Shown: positions 53,601-60,927 of the stretch, one piece after another
Position numbering within the stretch: the first letter of the stretch is position 1
Layout: each line of letters opens with the position of its first letter
From: a virus
Length of the DNA: 64,000 bases
Virus record (IMG/VR): IMGVR_UViG_3300045988_108826
Reading direction: 5' to 3' (one strand)
The notes under the pieces: generated by a model
Told to the model about the DNA's origin: nothing
Databases searched by the model: none
What the model saw: the letters and a program-made list of their open reading frames with translations, nothing else
Translations under genes and position numbers: made by a program

Positions 53601-55509
53601 CACGTAACAGATTTCCGCTATCGTCTATCTGAACCAAATTCTTTTGTGTTTCATCTCCTGCTCCTACTTCAAATGTGCAAGAGCCGCACATACCGCTTGT
53701 AAACGAAAACTCCATATTTCCGCTTTCAGAGGCTTGGTTGAAAAGATTGAATCCGTATTCTCCGTTGAACTTTCTAAGCTTTCCGAAGAAGTAAGGATGA
53801 ACGTATTCGTTTTTCTCGCCGTCAAACTCATCACTGTCATTTTCGTCATACGCAAATTCGGTGAACATGTCTATTCTAAGTCCTTCCGCATTTGTCATTC
53901 CCTTGATAGACGGTTTAATATCTTCTGCGGTAACTTTGCCCTCTAAAGGATTGCCCTCTGAATATACGTTCTCAAATGTGTAGTATTCGTCTGAATCAGG
54001 CTTCTGATATGTGTCGTTCAGCGCATTGTAGAATCTTTGCCCGCCTTCCGTTTCTCTGTATATAGGCGGCATAAGTTCCGTACAATAAGGTATCTGCTTG
54101 CCTATATTCTGTGTAAAGTAGTCACCTACTACTAGTTTAGGGCTTCCGTTAAGACTTATACCTATTTCTTCAAGCTTGACTTCCTTTCCGTTCAAGTCCC
54201 AATATTCATAGTATGAACTAGGGAATGAAGCCTCAAAGTAGAATTTGGCACTTGTCACAGAATCACTTACAATGCCAGTGTAGGAAACCTTGAATACAAC
54301 CTTGATTGTGTAGTCACCTGCTGCTACCTTATCTCCGTTGTTCAGGACTTTGTACTGTGTATCTTCTTCGCCATATCCCTTAATCGTAAATGACGGTGAA
54401 CTTAAAGCACCCAAGCTGAAATTAATAGGCATAAAGGCGGTATTGACCGTAATGCTTGCATCATGCAGTATCGTTACGTTTACAAGGAATGTAGCCGTAC
54501 TTTTATAAGCACTGCCTTCTTTTCTTACTGGTATTGATATTTCAGAATTTGCTTCGTAGTCGACAAATGTTGACGAATTGTAAAACTCGTAGGAATTTAT
54601 GACAACGACATTTTCGCCACTTTTCTTTGAGTAGATACATTTGTCAGTCGAACCTACTTTCTCGGCAAATTTGACCGCATCTGCAAGCAATAAATCGGAT
54701 TGTGTCAGACCTTGATTGCCTGAATATACATTTATCGAAACTTCACCTTTTGGTGTCTTGTTCGGATAGTAGTAAGGAATGTTGTCGCTGCTTCCTACAC
54801 CAGTGATTCTGTTTACAAGGTTGTAGTTTGCGTTCTCTTTTGATACGGAAAGCAAAGCACCGTCAATGCCGTACTTCATCACCGTAGGTATTGCGTTCTG
54901 CTCATATCCTACGTGTATGGTCTTTCCGACAAAATAGTAAGGCAGCTTATATACATTGTATATTTCCTGCAAAGCTTCAAGAATGTATTTATCCTCAAAA
55001 GATACAAGCTGGCTTTCAGAAGTTATGCCCTCGTCAATTACGGCTGTATAGTCTATCTTTGAGTAGGACATGGAAGCATTAAGTCTAGCGACAAATTGTG
55101 TTATGTCACCCATGAACTGTACTTTCAGACTGTTTGAAACAACACCGTCAATCGTGCTGTCACCCTGAACCGCATCTATGAAATAGGTATGGTTGAGGAC
55201 TTCACGTTCGGATTTGAGCGTAACCGAATGTTCGTATCTTTCATCCTCGTTGCTTTTAGACGATGAGGGCGTATCTTTTACATAGAACTTTTCTCCGTCA
55301 AATGAAGCATATATCTTGTCCGTCCAAAGCTTGTCGAGGCAAAGTCTGTGCTTTACGGTAGCCTCTATTGTGGGTACACCGCCCATTCTTCCGTTTGCAT
55401 CGTATTTGAAATCGCCTATGACAATCTGTTCCGTCTTGTTTGGGAACGGTGTATCCTCGATTCCGTCTACGAATGTGTATAACTTTAAAATCTTCTCCAT
55501 TGTGCACAT
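47608..55509 (-). CDS. Giant tail fibre / host-specificity protein (2633 aa)
   Basis: One uninterrupted ORF. It has Ala/Gln/Asn-rich coiled coils, beta-rich lectin-like modules, and a tail-tip-like N-terminal domain. The start could be the Met 4 codons further in. Confidence 0.8.
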   Translation of the reverse strand: MCTMEKILKLYTFVDGIEDTPFPNKTEQIVIGDFKYDANGRMGGVPTIEATVKHRLCLDKLWTDKIYASFDGEKFYVKDTPSSSKSNEDERYEHSVTLKSEREVLNHTYFIDAVQGDSTIDGVVSNSLKVQFMGDITQFVARLNASMSYSKIDYTAVIDEGITSESQLVSFEDKYILEALQEIYNVYKLPYYFVGKTIHVGYEQNAIPTVMKYGIDGALLSVSKENANYNLVNRITGVGSSDNIPYYYPNKTPKGEVSINVYSGNQGLTQSDLLLADAVKFAEKVGSTDKCIYSKKSGENVVVINSYEFYNSSTFVDYEANSEISIPVRKEGSAYKSTATFLVNVTILHDASITVNTAFMPINFSLGALSSPSFTIKGYGEEDTQYKVLNNGDKVAAGDYTIKVVFKVSYTGIVSDSVTSAKFYFEASFPSSYYEYWDLNGKEVKLEEIGISLNGSPKLVVGDYFTQNIGKQIPYCTELMPPIYRETEGGQRFYNALNDTYQKPDSDEYYTFENVYSEGNPLEGKVTAEDIKPSIKGMTNAEGLRIDMFTEFAYDENDSDEFDGEKNEYVHPYFFGKLRKFNGEYGFNLFNQASESGNMEFSFTSGMCGSCTFEVGAGDETQKNLVQIDDSGNLLRDENGNVRCGRDGLQKETPQDRQNDTVNYEVWVALKKDDTTYTNVMPNVSKNLKPKAGDTFVILNINMPDSYIYKAENDLKEYLIQYMAENNSEKFNFSIKFSRIFFAEHPDILEQLNENSRLIVEYNKVQYTFYVDNFTYTMSSDSPLPEIEVNLVDTLSIGQNSLQTMLDGVKQDVLSNIGSGDILSQGNKYFLRKDVADSAKGEKTFNDLVKLIDGLEIGTYLSKKSGAKISADGAAELLNLLLRGALTIGDYKKGLKGAKIDEQGVADLLSILVRSGIESANFSTGALGAGFCLKKDENGDSYLEVDRMLVRKVATFIQLLIQQIKHVGGQIILTPASMSCAKVEDKGDFYRCYFENTDGERTIEQEFVVGDLARAQTFNVKEGVNENVTNTYYWRAVVGTGDNYIDLSKTDCDTGSTEPKAGDDIVQLGNKSDATRQAAIILSAYGNDAPYFKLYRGINSYSLDGKEFVSFSRSEVMIIADAIRFSSGESVKDYIDNAVGEVNTKVDDAISDLSENISFVNQLSKDLEAVKNQIDGAIETWFYEPVPTLSNEPAVNWTTNEDKNVHLGDLYYDGNGKAYRFQVSGSKYTWQVITDSDITKALADAKKAQDTADGKRRVFVTTPSNASVYDIGDLWVNATYGSYKNDLLRCKTAKQANAQFSIEHWELASKYTDDTKANQAQAAADAAKQAADSAQQTANNAVQSAATANALLSDIANDNKLTAQEKQETKKEWDIIVSEKPKNNASADKYGVSRTAYDTAYNTLSAYITPLLSSLSTTSNISGAAFRSKFKDYYDARTDLLNAISAKAKSLADAARQTADAAQEKANQAIKDAANAKAAANNAQSDADEAKSRLDSWASDGSISPTEKQSLKEEIARIDADKTQIANGYSKYNLGTPTNYNNAHTTYRAVLVTLTASSPETIAIPSDFATKQTTYYTQRTNALTAISNAARDYAQGIANDLSSYKKTVSSQFEQTNNSITAAVTSSKEYTNNAINNIQIGGRNLFRNTKYGGDWYANNWGTGKYSVSKEQVSENVGGIPLDEVTVSLKTQAGTGDIKMASTSYSNIPYAELENKNVTISFYAKCQENIKTPMSIQIQNKYNGNISSKTLRISELSDNWVKYQYTFPIDKTTNREGCLIFFTISDSSLNKKIYICLLKGEIGNKATDWSPAPEDSENALTEYKKEVTSQFSVLEGEINSKVSSTEITTIKQEIINTAASDATKKANDAKTSAISTASADATSKANKAKQDAISTAATDATNKANKAKNDAITTAGQNADKKYATITTVKSMQTVIEQHSEKLLLKAEKTEVTTVQNNLNQTNNNLSALTTRVSKAEVALQPDNIWIGISSKVTSVSKITNIVPDSCFDDANYSLLYTGGSRVSAATANNSCPTSYCMKSTVGTIYAKSYVNVNVGEKYYVTALVNAEKCNYKVTVGLRIKLKNETYKYIELDAIESKTKGWNTLSGYITIPTDSISASICFSIKGTSNLGEAYFTKVYAYKVDESVNQNYALLTSNEKRLTTFNNVANQRNTLYKTSGLKKGDIVTISFEYEARNLIWNATENSYFRVQFDDKFGWTAYSIPNLKSNGTGKIITPPLTLGGSDTNIKDSNIEMVFYYISSVLQDNKPIGYFRVWNLKVEKGERSTPWSAAPSDYSTTEQIKTGITVKENAISIFGKDVSLQGKITFSSLNSSLQSTINNKADSGDVTSDINSSKEDMAKKLGYASYADMVSAATAGNTIIEGGHIRTSLIEADALVVKTLNATNADGISTLVDKDGMNISKSNNSLLNIYFGNFGPVNYGVINMYSYDKKNDRRSEAIGITPSGIELYTYDGSGAEILRSETRLSFGELKILDESQTGIHIHKTGITLTYSKNKDELGLPVHYVKCIYSAYISSSGSVIDKMGTNIPNSSGNPITFSVSKYATGRYRVKHNIGNTLYHVQITALSNGKLTVAIIENIYSTYFEYSTTSNYNNWSLMDAKVFIAVYYESPKLGTF
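49765..49935 (-). repeat. Three in-frame 57-nt tandem repeats inside the fibre gene
   Basis: They encode DATKKANDAKTSAISTASA / DATSKANKAKQDAISTAAT / DATNKANKAKNDAITTAGQ. Confidence 0.8.
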
Positions 55510-55578
55510 ATATTTAGCACAAATATACTACATTTTTGTACTTATTACAATTATGCAAAGTTAAACTATGTTAATTTG

Positions 55579-55609
55579 TTTGCAGATTGAAAATTAATGA
55601 TTATATTTG
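55579..55609 (+). promoter_or_regulatory. Bacteroides-type promoter
   Basis: TTTG (55579-55582), a 19-nt spacer, then TATATTTG (55602-55609). Confidence 0.55.
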
Positions 55610-55622
55610 CTTCGTATTTGAT

Positions 55623-55727
55623 AAATGTACCGTGCGAAAATTGTAGAAAGTTCTTTTTAATAAGATATACTATAAAGAAGGCATTGGGACTACACACGGT
55701 ACATTTCCAATGCTTTCTTTTTTTTTT
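55623..55727 (+). promoter_or_regulatory. Leader with two mutually exclusive helices plus an intrinsic terminator (attenuator or short sRNA)
   Basis: 55623-55636 pairs with 55693-55706 (13 of 14 positions; a 12-bp perfect run, then one C-A mismatch, then one more pair). The terminator stem GCATTGG (55681-55687) / CCAATGC (55707-55713) is followed by a U-tract at 55714-55727. Confidence 0.5.
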
Positions 55728-55740
55728 ATATACTTTATGT

Positions 55741-55990
55741 TGTATCGGCTAGAAACCTCGGACATAAAGTTAAACGCTTAGAGTAAAGCCCATGCTTAGG
55801 CGAACTGGGGAGTTAATGAACGGTAGCATGGATGCGGCATACACGCATAGGTTCTAAAAGTTGTTTCATGTATGCAGGTAAACAACCACGACTGATGGGG
55901 TGCGATGTGACGACTTGTTACATTAAAAATCCAAAAGAGTGTAACCTAAAAAGAGGATTGTACCTCTAAAGGGGAATTTACACTCTTTCC
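55741..55990 (+). ncRNA. Candidate structured RNA (GC-enriched, multi-hairpin, no credible ORF)
   Basis: Helices: 55790-55796/55825-55831; 55837-55843/55869-55875; 55934-55944/55978-55988, with an inner helix 55952-55956/55963-55967. Confidence 0.4.
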
Positions 55991-56036
55991 AAAATGCTCA
56001 GTTCAAACTTATTACCCTGAATAGCTAATGTATATA

Positions 56037-56095
56037 ATAGGAATATTATAGTAAGTATATATTACTAATTAGGTTATTAGTTAATTTATTCCTAT
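56037..56095 (+). promoter_or_regulatory. Y-shaped leader element, copy E (AT-rich version)
   Basis: ATAGGAAT..TAGTAA-gtatata-TTACTA AATTA-ggttattagt-TAATT..ATTCCTAT. Confidence 0.35.
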
Positions 56096-56135
56096 ATAAA
56101 ATATTTATTCATGTCAATTTTTAATTTAGTAAAAA

Positions 56136-57170
56136 ATGTCTAAAAAATCAACAACAGAAGAATTTATCGAAAAAGCAAGAGCTGTACACGGTGACAAGTA
56201 CGATTACAGCAAAGTTGAATATAAAGGAAACAAAATTAAGGTATGTATAATTTGTCCTATACATGGAGAATTTTGGCAGAGACCAAATGACCATTTAAGT
56301 GGTTATGGATGTAAACTTTGTGCTAACTTTGAGAATGGGGAAAGGTGTAAGAGTAATATTGATGAATTTATTAAAAAAGCCGAACAAATTCATACGGGTA
56401 AATATGATTATTCCAAAGTTGAGTATATAAATAATCATACGAAAGTATGTATTATATGCCCGATTCACGGAGAGTTCTGGCAAATTCCAAATTCACACTT
56501 ATTAGGTCACGGATGCCCATATTGCGCTAACTGTAAAAAGATAGATGAGAATGCGTTTTTAGAAAGGGCTAAAGCTGTTCATGGCGCGAAATACGATTAT
56601 TCTCAGGTTGAATTTGTCGACAGTAAAACGTATGTTAATATAATTTGTTCAAAACATGGTAGTTTTTGGCAAACACCTGAAAGTCATTTAAGAGGAGCAG
56701 GATGTCCTCGTTGTTCTTCTTCTAGGGGAGAGAAGGAGATAGAACGTTTTCTAAATATTTTGGGCGTTAACTTTCAACCTCAATACCAAATAAATCTTGA
56801 ACAAAAAATGTTTTCAAGAAACAACATAAGGGTTGATTTTTATCTACCAAAGTATAGCACTATAATAGAGTTCAATGGGAAGCAGCATTATGAGTATAAT
56901 TCATTTTTCTATAAAAATAGAGATGACTTTGATATACAAGTTGAACGAGATAAAAGATTAAAAGAGTATTGCAAGAACAACAAGATAAATCTTATTATAA
57001 TTAAATATAAAGATATAGATAAAATAGAAAAAATACTTGAAAAAAACATAATTAAGTTAATAAAAGCTAAATGTTTGGATGCTTTTGTTGAAGTTGCCAA
57101 AGATTATGTACCTTTACAACACTATGATAGTTTTATAAAAGATATTAATTTAAAGTTTAAAGACCTATGA
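56136..57170 (+). CDS. Homing-endonuclease-like protein: 3 Zn-ribbon repeats plus a Vsr/DUF559-like nuclease domain (paralog of 15302..16414)
   Basis: It has the same repeat unit as its paralog, followed by VDFYLPKYSTIIEFNGKQHY. Confidence 0.75.
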   Translation: MSKKSTTEEFIEKARAVHGDKYDYSKVEYKGNKIKVCIICPIHGEFWQRPNDHLSGYGCKLCANFENGERCKSNIDEFIKKAEQIHTGKYDYSKVEYINNHTKVCIICPIHGEFWQIPNSHLLGHGCPYCANCKKIDENAFLERAKAVHGAKYDYSQVEFVDSKTYVNIICSKHGSFWQTPESHLRGAGCPRCSSSRGEKEIERFLNILGVNFQPQYQINLEQKMFSRNNIRVDFYLPKYSTIIEFNGKQHYEYNSFFYKNRDDFDIQVERDKRLKEYCKNNKINLIIIKYKDIDKIEKILEKNIIKLIKAKCLDAFVEVAKDYVPLQHYDSFIKDINLKFKDL

Positions 57171-57418
57171 AAATTCTATTTATCATTGCACTTTGCATTT
57201 TTGTTGCGCTCTCTTTCTACAAGTACAAATGTACTTCAATCAGCAAGTATATCAATTTCGTTGACAAGGAACTGATGAATATCGAAACCATGAAGCGTGA
57301 CCTTGAAGATTTAAGTCCTAAGGCATGTACGTTTACTTATTGGTTTGGTTATATCACCTCCCTTCTTGTGAAGCTTTCAATCGTATATCTTTCATGTTTA
57401 GGAATTTCAACACTATGA
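57167..57418 (+). CDS. Small membrane protein
   Basis: An 83-aa ORF with hydrophobic ends. Confidence 0.6.
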   Translation: MKILFIIALCIFVALSFYKYKCTSISKYINFVDKELMNIETMKRDLEDLSPKACTFTYWFGYITSLLVKLSIVYLSCLGISTL

Positions 57419-57681
57419 CAAACAAGGGAAAGATTGATTTTATAGACAGTGTTCTAGTATATAGTTTCCAATGGGAAATAAATTTTAAGAACATACTTTT
57501 GTCTATGATAAAGAAAGCTATGCCCGAAGCGTTAGATGTAAGTATATGTGACGATTCTTTCGACAATTATTACGTATGCGTAATTTATAAGGATGAAACA
57601 ATTCACAGCCTTTACGAAATACAAGACGGACTAGTTATTGACATGCTTTATGATTTGTGTCTGTTTATTAAGGAGGATTGA
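57415..57681 (+). CDS. Small hypothetical protein (ATG within the tracked ORF 57325..57681)
   Basis: Has an ATGA overlap with the upstream stop. Confidence 0.55.
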   Translation: MTNKGKIDFIDSVLVYSFQWEINFKNILLSMIKKAMPEALDVSICDDSFDNYYVCVIYKDETIHSLYEIQDGLVIDMLYDLCLFIKED

Positions 57682-57683
57682 CT

Positions 57684-57824
57684 ATGGAAATATATTACAC
57701 TGAAGAAGAAATCAGGAATTTCCCAAGATGTGCCTTATGTGGAAGAATAATATTTCCTGACGAACCTATTTATGGCAATTTTGTATACTATTGTGAATAT
57801 TGTTGGTTTAATCATGTAAATTGA
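57684..57824 (+). CDS. Small zinc-ribbon ORF (46 aa)
   Basis: AAGGAGG lies upstream. The ORF contains CALCGR...CEYC. Confidence 0.45.
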   Translation: MEIYYTEEEIRNFPRCALCGRIIFPDEPIYGNFVYYCEYCWFNHVN

Positions 57825-57900
57825 GCCTATGGATTTCGGACAAGATTACCCAAGTGACGAAGAATACGATGATTTTGACAATTATAATGATGAGTAATTT

Positions 57901-58119
57901 ATGCAAAGAAACTATGTGATAAACAGAGGCAATTTTGAAATAAGAATTGACTTTGGAAAAGAAAACTCAAAAGACTATACCACAATGGTAAAGTCTGAGA
58001 TAAGAAACGGGAAGGCAAAAGTTGTCGAAGCAACTACTTTAGGTAAAGCCTACAAATGGGATAAGGATAGGATAAATTCATATCTCATGGAATTATACGG
58101 ATTGGAGGATAAAGAATGA
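57901..58119 (+). CDS. Small hypothetical protein
   Basis: A 72-aa ORF. Confidence 0.6.
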   Translation: MQRNYVINRGNFEIRIDFGKENSKDYTTMVKSEIRNGKAKVVEATTLGKAYKWDKDRINSYLMELYGLEDKE

Positions 58120-58270
58120 AGGAATTTTAATGTTTTATATTGTATTTAATTATTTGTGGCGTTCCAATAGAACTGATATTAAGATATTTCAATTACACCC
58201 CTAACATAATGGAAAGTCTTATCCTAGGTGCTTGCTTTTGTATCTTATACGAAATTAACAATAAAAAGAA

Positions 58271-58315
58271 ATCCCCACCTGCTGAATGAGTAAGTGGGGA
58301 TGTTTATTGTATTTA
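58271..58315. terminator. Hairpin at a convergent block boundary
   Basis: Hairpin ATCCCCAC-ctgctgaatgagtaa-GTGGGGAT, followed by a T-rich run. Confidence 0.65.
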
Positions 58316-58655
58316 AACTAATTCTACATATAAACCTACTAGCGCACTTAAATCGTGGCTTAATGGAATGCCGCTGTCACGTGTACATCTGTATAACACG
58401 CCATCCTGGGTATAGTATTTATTGGCAAATATTTCCATAGGAGGCGTATATGGAATAGCATCATCTATTGTACCCTCATGTTCTTCATCAACTACTTTCC
58501 ACAATGATGCAGTTTCAAGACCTGGCTTCCCAAAGCAAATCGTCACACTGATATTTTTCTCCTTTCTTCACCGACAAGTCATCCGCTGACCACATCGGGA
58601 AAAGCGACTTTCTTTCGAGTGCCTGATTATTCGTAATAGGAATAGCGTGATACAT
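58313..58655 (-). pseudogene. Frameshifted gene (about 114 codons)
   Basis: MYHAIPITNNQALERKSLFPMWSADDLSVKKGEKYQCDDLLWEA (58655..58515) continues in another frame as KPGLETASLWKVVDEEHEG... (the tracked ORF 58313..58546, which has a GTG start). Confidence 0.5.
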
Positions 58656-58873
58656 TCAGGTATAACATAAGCCTTGTATGAGTATTCGTCTATCTTATCA
58701 AGCGAATCAATATCTTTCACCGCTTCATCGTGCTTCATTATTCCGTTGGCTTCTTCTTCCGTCACTTCAATGTAGTTGTCTTAACTTACATTCTCTCCTT
58801 TCACAGACTTATAAAAAAACATCTTGTCCTTATCCGACAAGTAATATCCTTCTTTTGCTTTTATCTCTTTCAT
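58568..58873 (-). pseudogene. ORF interrupted by an in-frame TAA
   Basis: MKEIKAKEGYYLSDKDKMFFYKSVKGENVS-TAA(58781-58783)-DNYIEVTEEEANGIMKHDEAV..., all in the same frame. Confidence 0.4.
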
Positions 58874-58887
58874 AATTACTCCTTTCG

Positions 58888-59808
58888 TTATGCGGATGCA
58901 AGTGAAACATTTGGTTGTGCTTCAAGTGCTGCTACTACATCAGGGTCAGCATTATACTTATTATAACAATAAGCCGAAAGTGTAATTGTAATTTTTTTTG
59001 TTGGTGCTGCGTTGTTAATGATGTAAAGTAGGCTGTCTTTGGCAAATAATGATGAGCTGGTTATATTTAACGATGTATTAAGTTTTGATATGTTTGCAAA
59101 TTGCATAGACACACAATTAGTAAACATATAATCAATATCCACATCATTACTTGCATCAAACTGTAGTGTATAAATTAGAGAATAGCAATCAGTAAACATA
59201 TAACTCATATCTATAGCACTGCTTGTATCAAACTGTGGCACAGAAGTTATAGAATAACAGTTAAAAAACATGTGATTTATAAACGCAGCGTTGCTTGTAT
59301 CAAATTTTGGAACATAAATTAAAGAAGAACAACCAGCAAACATATAATTCATATCTACAGCACTGCTTGTATCAATCATAGGAATGAATATTAGCGAACT
59401 ACAATCTTTAAACAATTTGCTTAAACTTGCCCTTTTGCTTGTATCAATCTTAGGAAGATAAACAATTCTATCTTTATATTCCTGAATATTATCAATAGTC
59501 AACACACCATACAGGTCAATATTATCCTGCGGTACTTTATGATAAACATCATCTTCTTCATTCCAATTAACACCGTGCGTCTGATAGTATTCTATATCTT
59601 CATCAGTCCAACCAATAGCTTTCAACCCCTCTACGTCTGCATGACCTGTAAAACCACTACTTCCACCACCGCTTTGAATACTTGCAATCTTATCGGGGTA
59701 GTTAGCCAACACATCTCCCACATCACTAACGCCTTTCGCTTCGATAGCAGCCTTAATCTTTGCTTTGCTATCTAATATTTTATTTAATTTCTCTGCCGTT
59801 GTTCCCAT
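58888..59808 (-). CDS. DUF285/BspA-type 26-residue-repeat protein (likely receptor-binding or fibre accessory)
   Basis: About five repeats of DTSxxxxMxxMFxxCxSLxxxPxF. Confidence 0.75.
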   Translation of the reverse strand: MGTTAEKLNKILDSKAKIKAAIEAKGVSDVGDVLANYPDKIASIQSGGGSSGFTGHADVEGLKAIGWTDEDIEYYQTHGVNWNEEDDVYHKVPQDNIDLYGVLTIDNIQEYKDRIVYLPKIDTSKRASLSKLFKDCSSLIFIPMIDTSSAVDMNYMFAGCSSLIYVPKFDTSNAAFINHMFFNCYSITSVPQFDTSSAIDMSYMFTDCYSLIYTLQFDASNDVDIDYMFTNCVSMQFANISKLNTSLNITSSSLFAKDSLLYIINNAAPTKKITITLSAYCYNKYNADPDVVAALEAQPNVSLASA

Positions 59809-59809
59809 A

Positions 59810-60340
59810 TCAAATCACCTCCTTAAACCATTTATAACCATAAGCGGTTTTTAATTTACCGTTCAAAGCTGACGAGATATTGCAACCTTTTACGTTTAAA
59901 CTTTTAGCCGCCTCACATACTCCATTATAATGAATAATATTTCCGTTTTTATCTATAGAATATATTCTTTTCCTTTGGGTAATACCTGCAATTATATGCC
60001 TTCCATTATAGGTGTTATTGTATTTTATATCACACCATTCAAGATTTCCTTTTCTATTATCACTTTTATTCTCGTTTTTATGATTAATAAACTTATAATT
60101 TTCTTTATTATCAATAAATGCTTCTGCTACAAGTCTATGCACTTTACACATCTTTACATGACCTTTTTCGTTTCTAAACATAACGGTAGAATATCCATCT
60201 TTATCTTTGTACAAACGAAGTTCTTTTTCTTTATATAAAACTGTTCTACCCATTGAATCTACCTGCTCATATCTATTCCTTTTTACTTTCCCATTATCAC
60301 TAATACTATATTTAGGGAAATTATCTATAACTTTCCACAT
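59810..60340 (-). CDS. HNH homing endonuclease (NUMOD4 + HNH_3 + IENR1-like)
   Basis: Contains WKVIDNFPKYSISDNGKVK, INHKNENKSDNRKGNLEW and the tail KTAYGYKWFK. Starting at the internal Met avoids overlapping the upstream gene. Confidence 0.8.
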   Translation of the reverse strand: MWKVIDNFPKYSISDNGKVKRNRYEQVDSMGRTVLYKEKELRLYKDKDGYSTVMFRNEKGHVKMCKVHRLVAEAFIDNKENYKFINHKNENKSDNRKGNLEWCDIKYNNTYNGRHIIAGITQRKRIYSIDKNGNIIHYNGVCEAAKSLNVKGCNISSALNGKLKTAYGYKWFKEVI

Positions 60341-60353
60341 ATTTATTACTATA

Positions 60354-60608
60354 TTACACACTTTCACCATTTATTGAATCCAAAATAGCATCAATGTTTC
60401 CGATTTGCTCTAATGTAGCATACTTTCCGTCTGCCTGAGTAGATGTGATAAAACCGCTTACATCAGGTATATCACTTGGTTTAGCCAACTGATTTGTTTC
60501 AATATATTTAGGTACACCACTTCCATCAGAAACATATATTCTTTCTGTACCTTGTATATCACTTACTTTATCCGTAAGTTCACTTAGTTTCTTTCCGTTT
60601 ACTGCCAT
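60354..60608 (-). CDS. Small structural-module protein
   Basis: An 84-aa ORF. Confidence 0.6.
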   Translation of the reverse strand: MAVNGKKLSELTDKVSDIQGTERIYVSDGSGVPKYIETNQLAKPSDIPDVSGFITSTQADGKYATLEQIGNIDAILDSINGESV

Positions 60609-60610
60609 AA

Positions 60611-60925
60611 TTATTTATTGTTTGTAAAGTGCCAATAATTTTTATCTACCTTCTTGGAGGTAGCCGTATTTTTGCTTGTAGTAGAACGTGTTTTTCTTGT
60701 TTTCGTAGTCGTATTGGTATCATTTACCTGATTAACACTGAAAGTCTGTAAAACCGCACTATCTTCAAGTATAAAATAGCTTCCATCTTCCATAAGAAAC
60801 AAACTTCCGTCCTCCATCAGCAAAGCATCCGTTATATCAGGCTCAGGAGGATTTACGTTTGCATTTCCCAATTTAGGTGCAGGGTATCTTAACCCTACAC
60901 CAATTCCTATATTGAATCCACCCAT
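60611..60925 (-). CDS. Small protein with a repeated LxMEDGS motif and a basic Thr/Lys tail
   Basis: LLMEDGSLFLMEDGSYFILED. Confidence 0.6.
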   Translation of the reverse strand: MGGFNIGIGVGLRYPAPKLGNANVNPPEPDITDALLMEDGSLFLMEDGSYFILEDSAVLQTFSVNQVNDTNTTTKTRKTRSTTSKNTATSKKVDKNYWHFTNNK

Positions 60926-60927
60926 AG

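Noticed and set aside
47608-55509. A diversity-generating retroelement targeting the fibre C-terminus.
   Set aside because: No reverse transcriptase and no template repeat were seen anywhere in the window. The tandem repeats are in-frame coiled-coil units.
55741-55990. The structured segment upstream of the Vsr-like endonuclease as a second group I intron.
   Set aside because: There is no AAGATATAGTC-type P7 element and no plus-strand exons on either side. The upstream neighbour is a promoter and a minus-strand gene.
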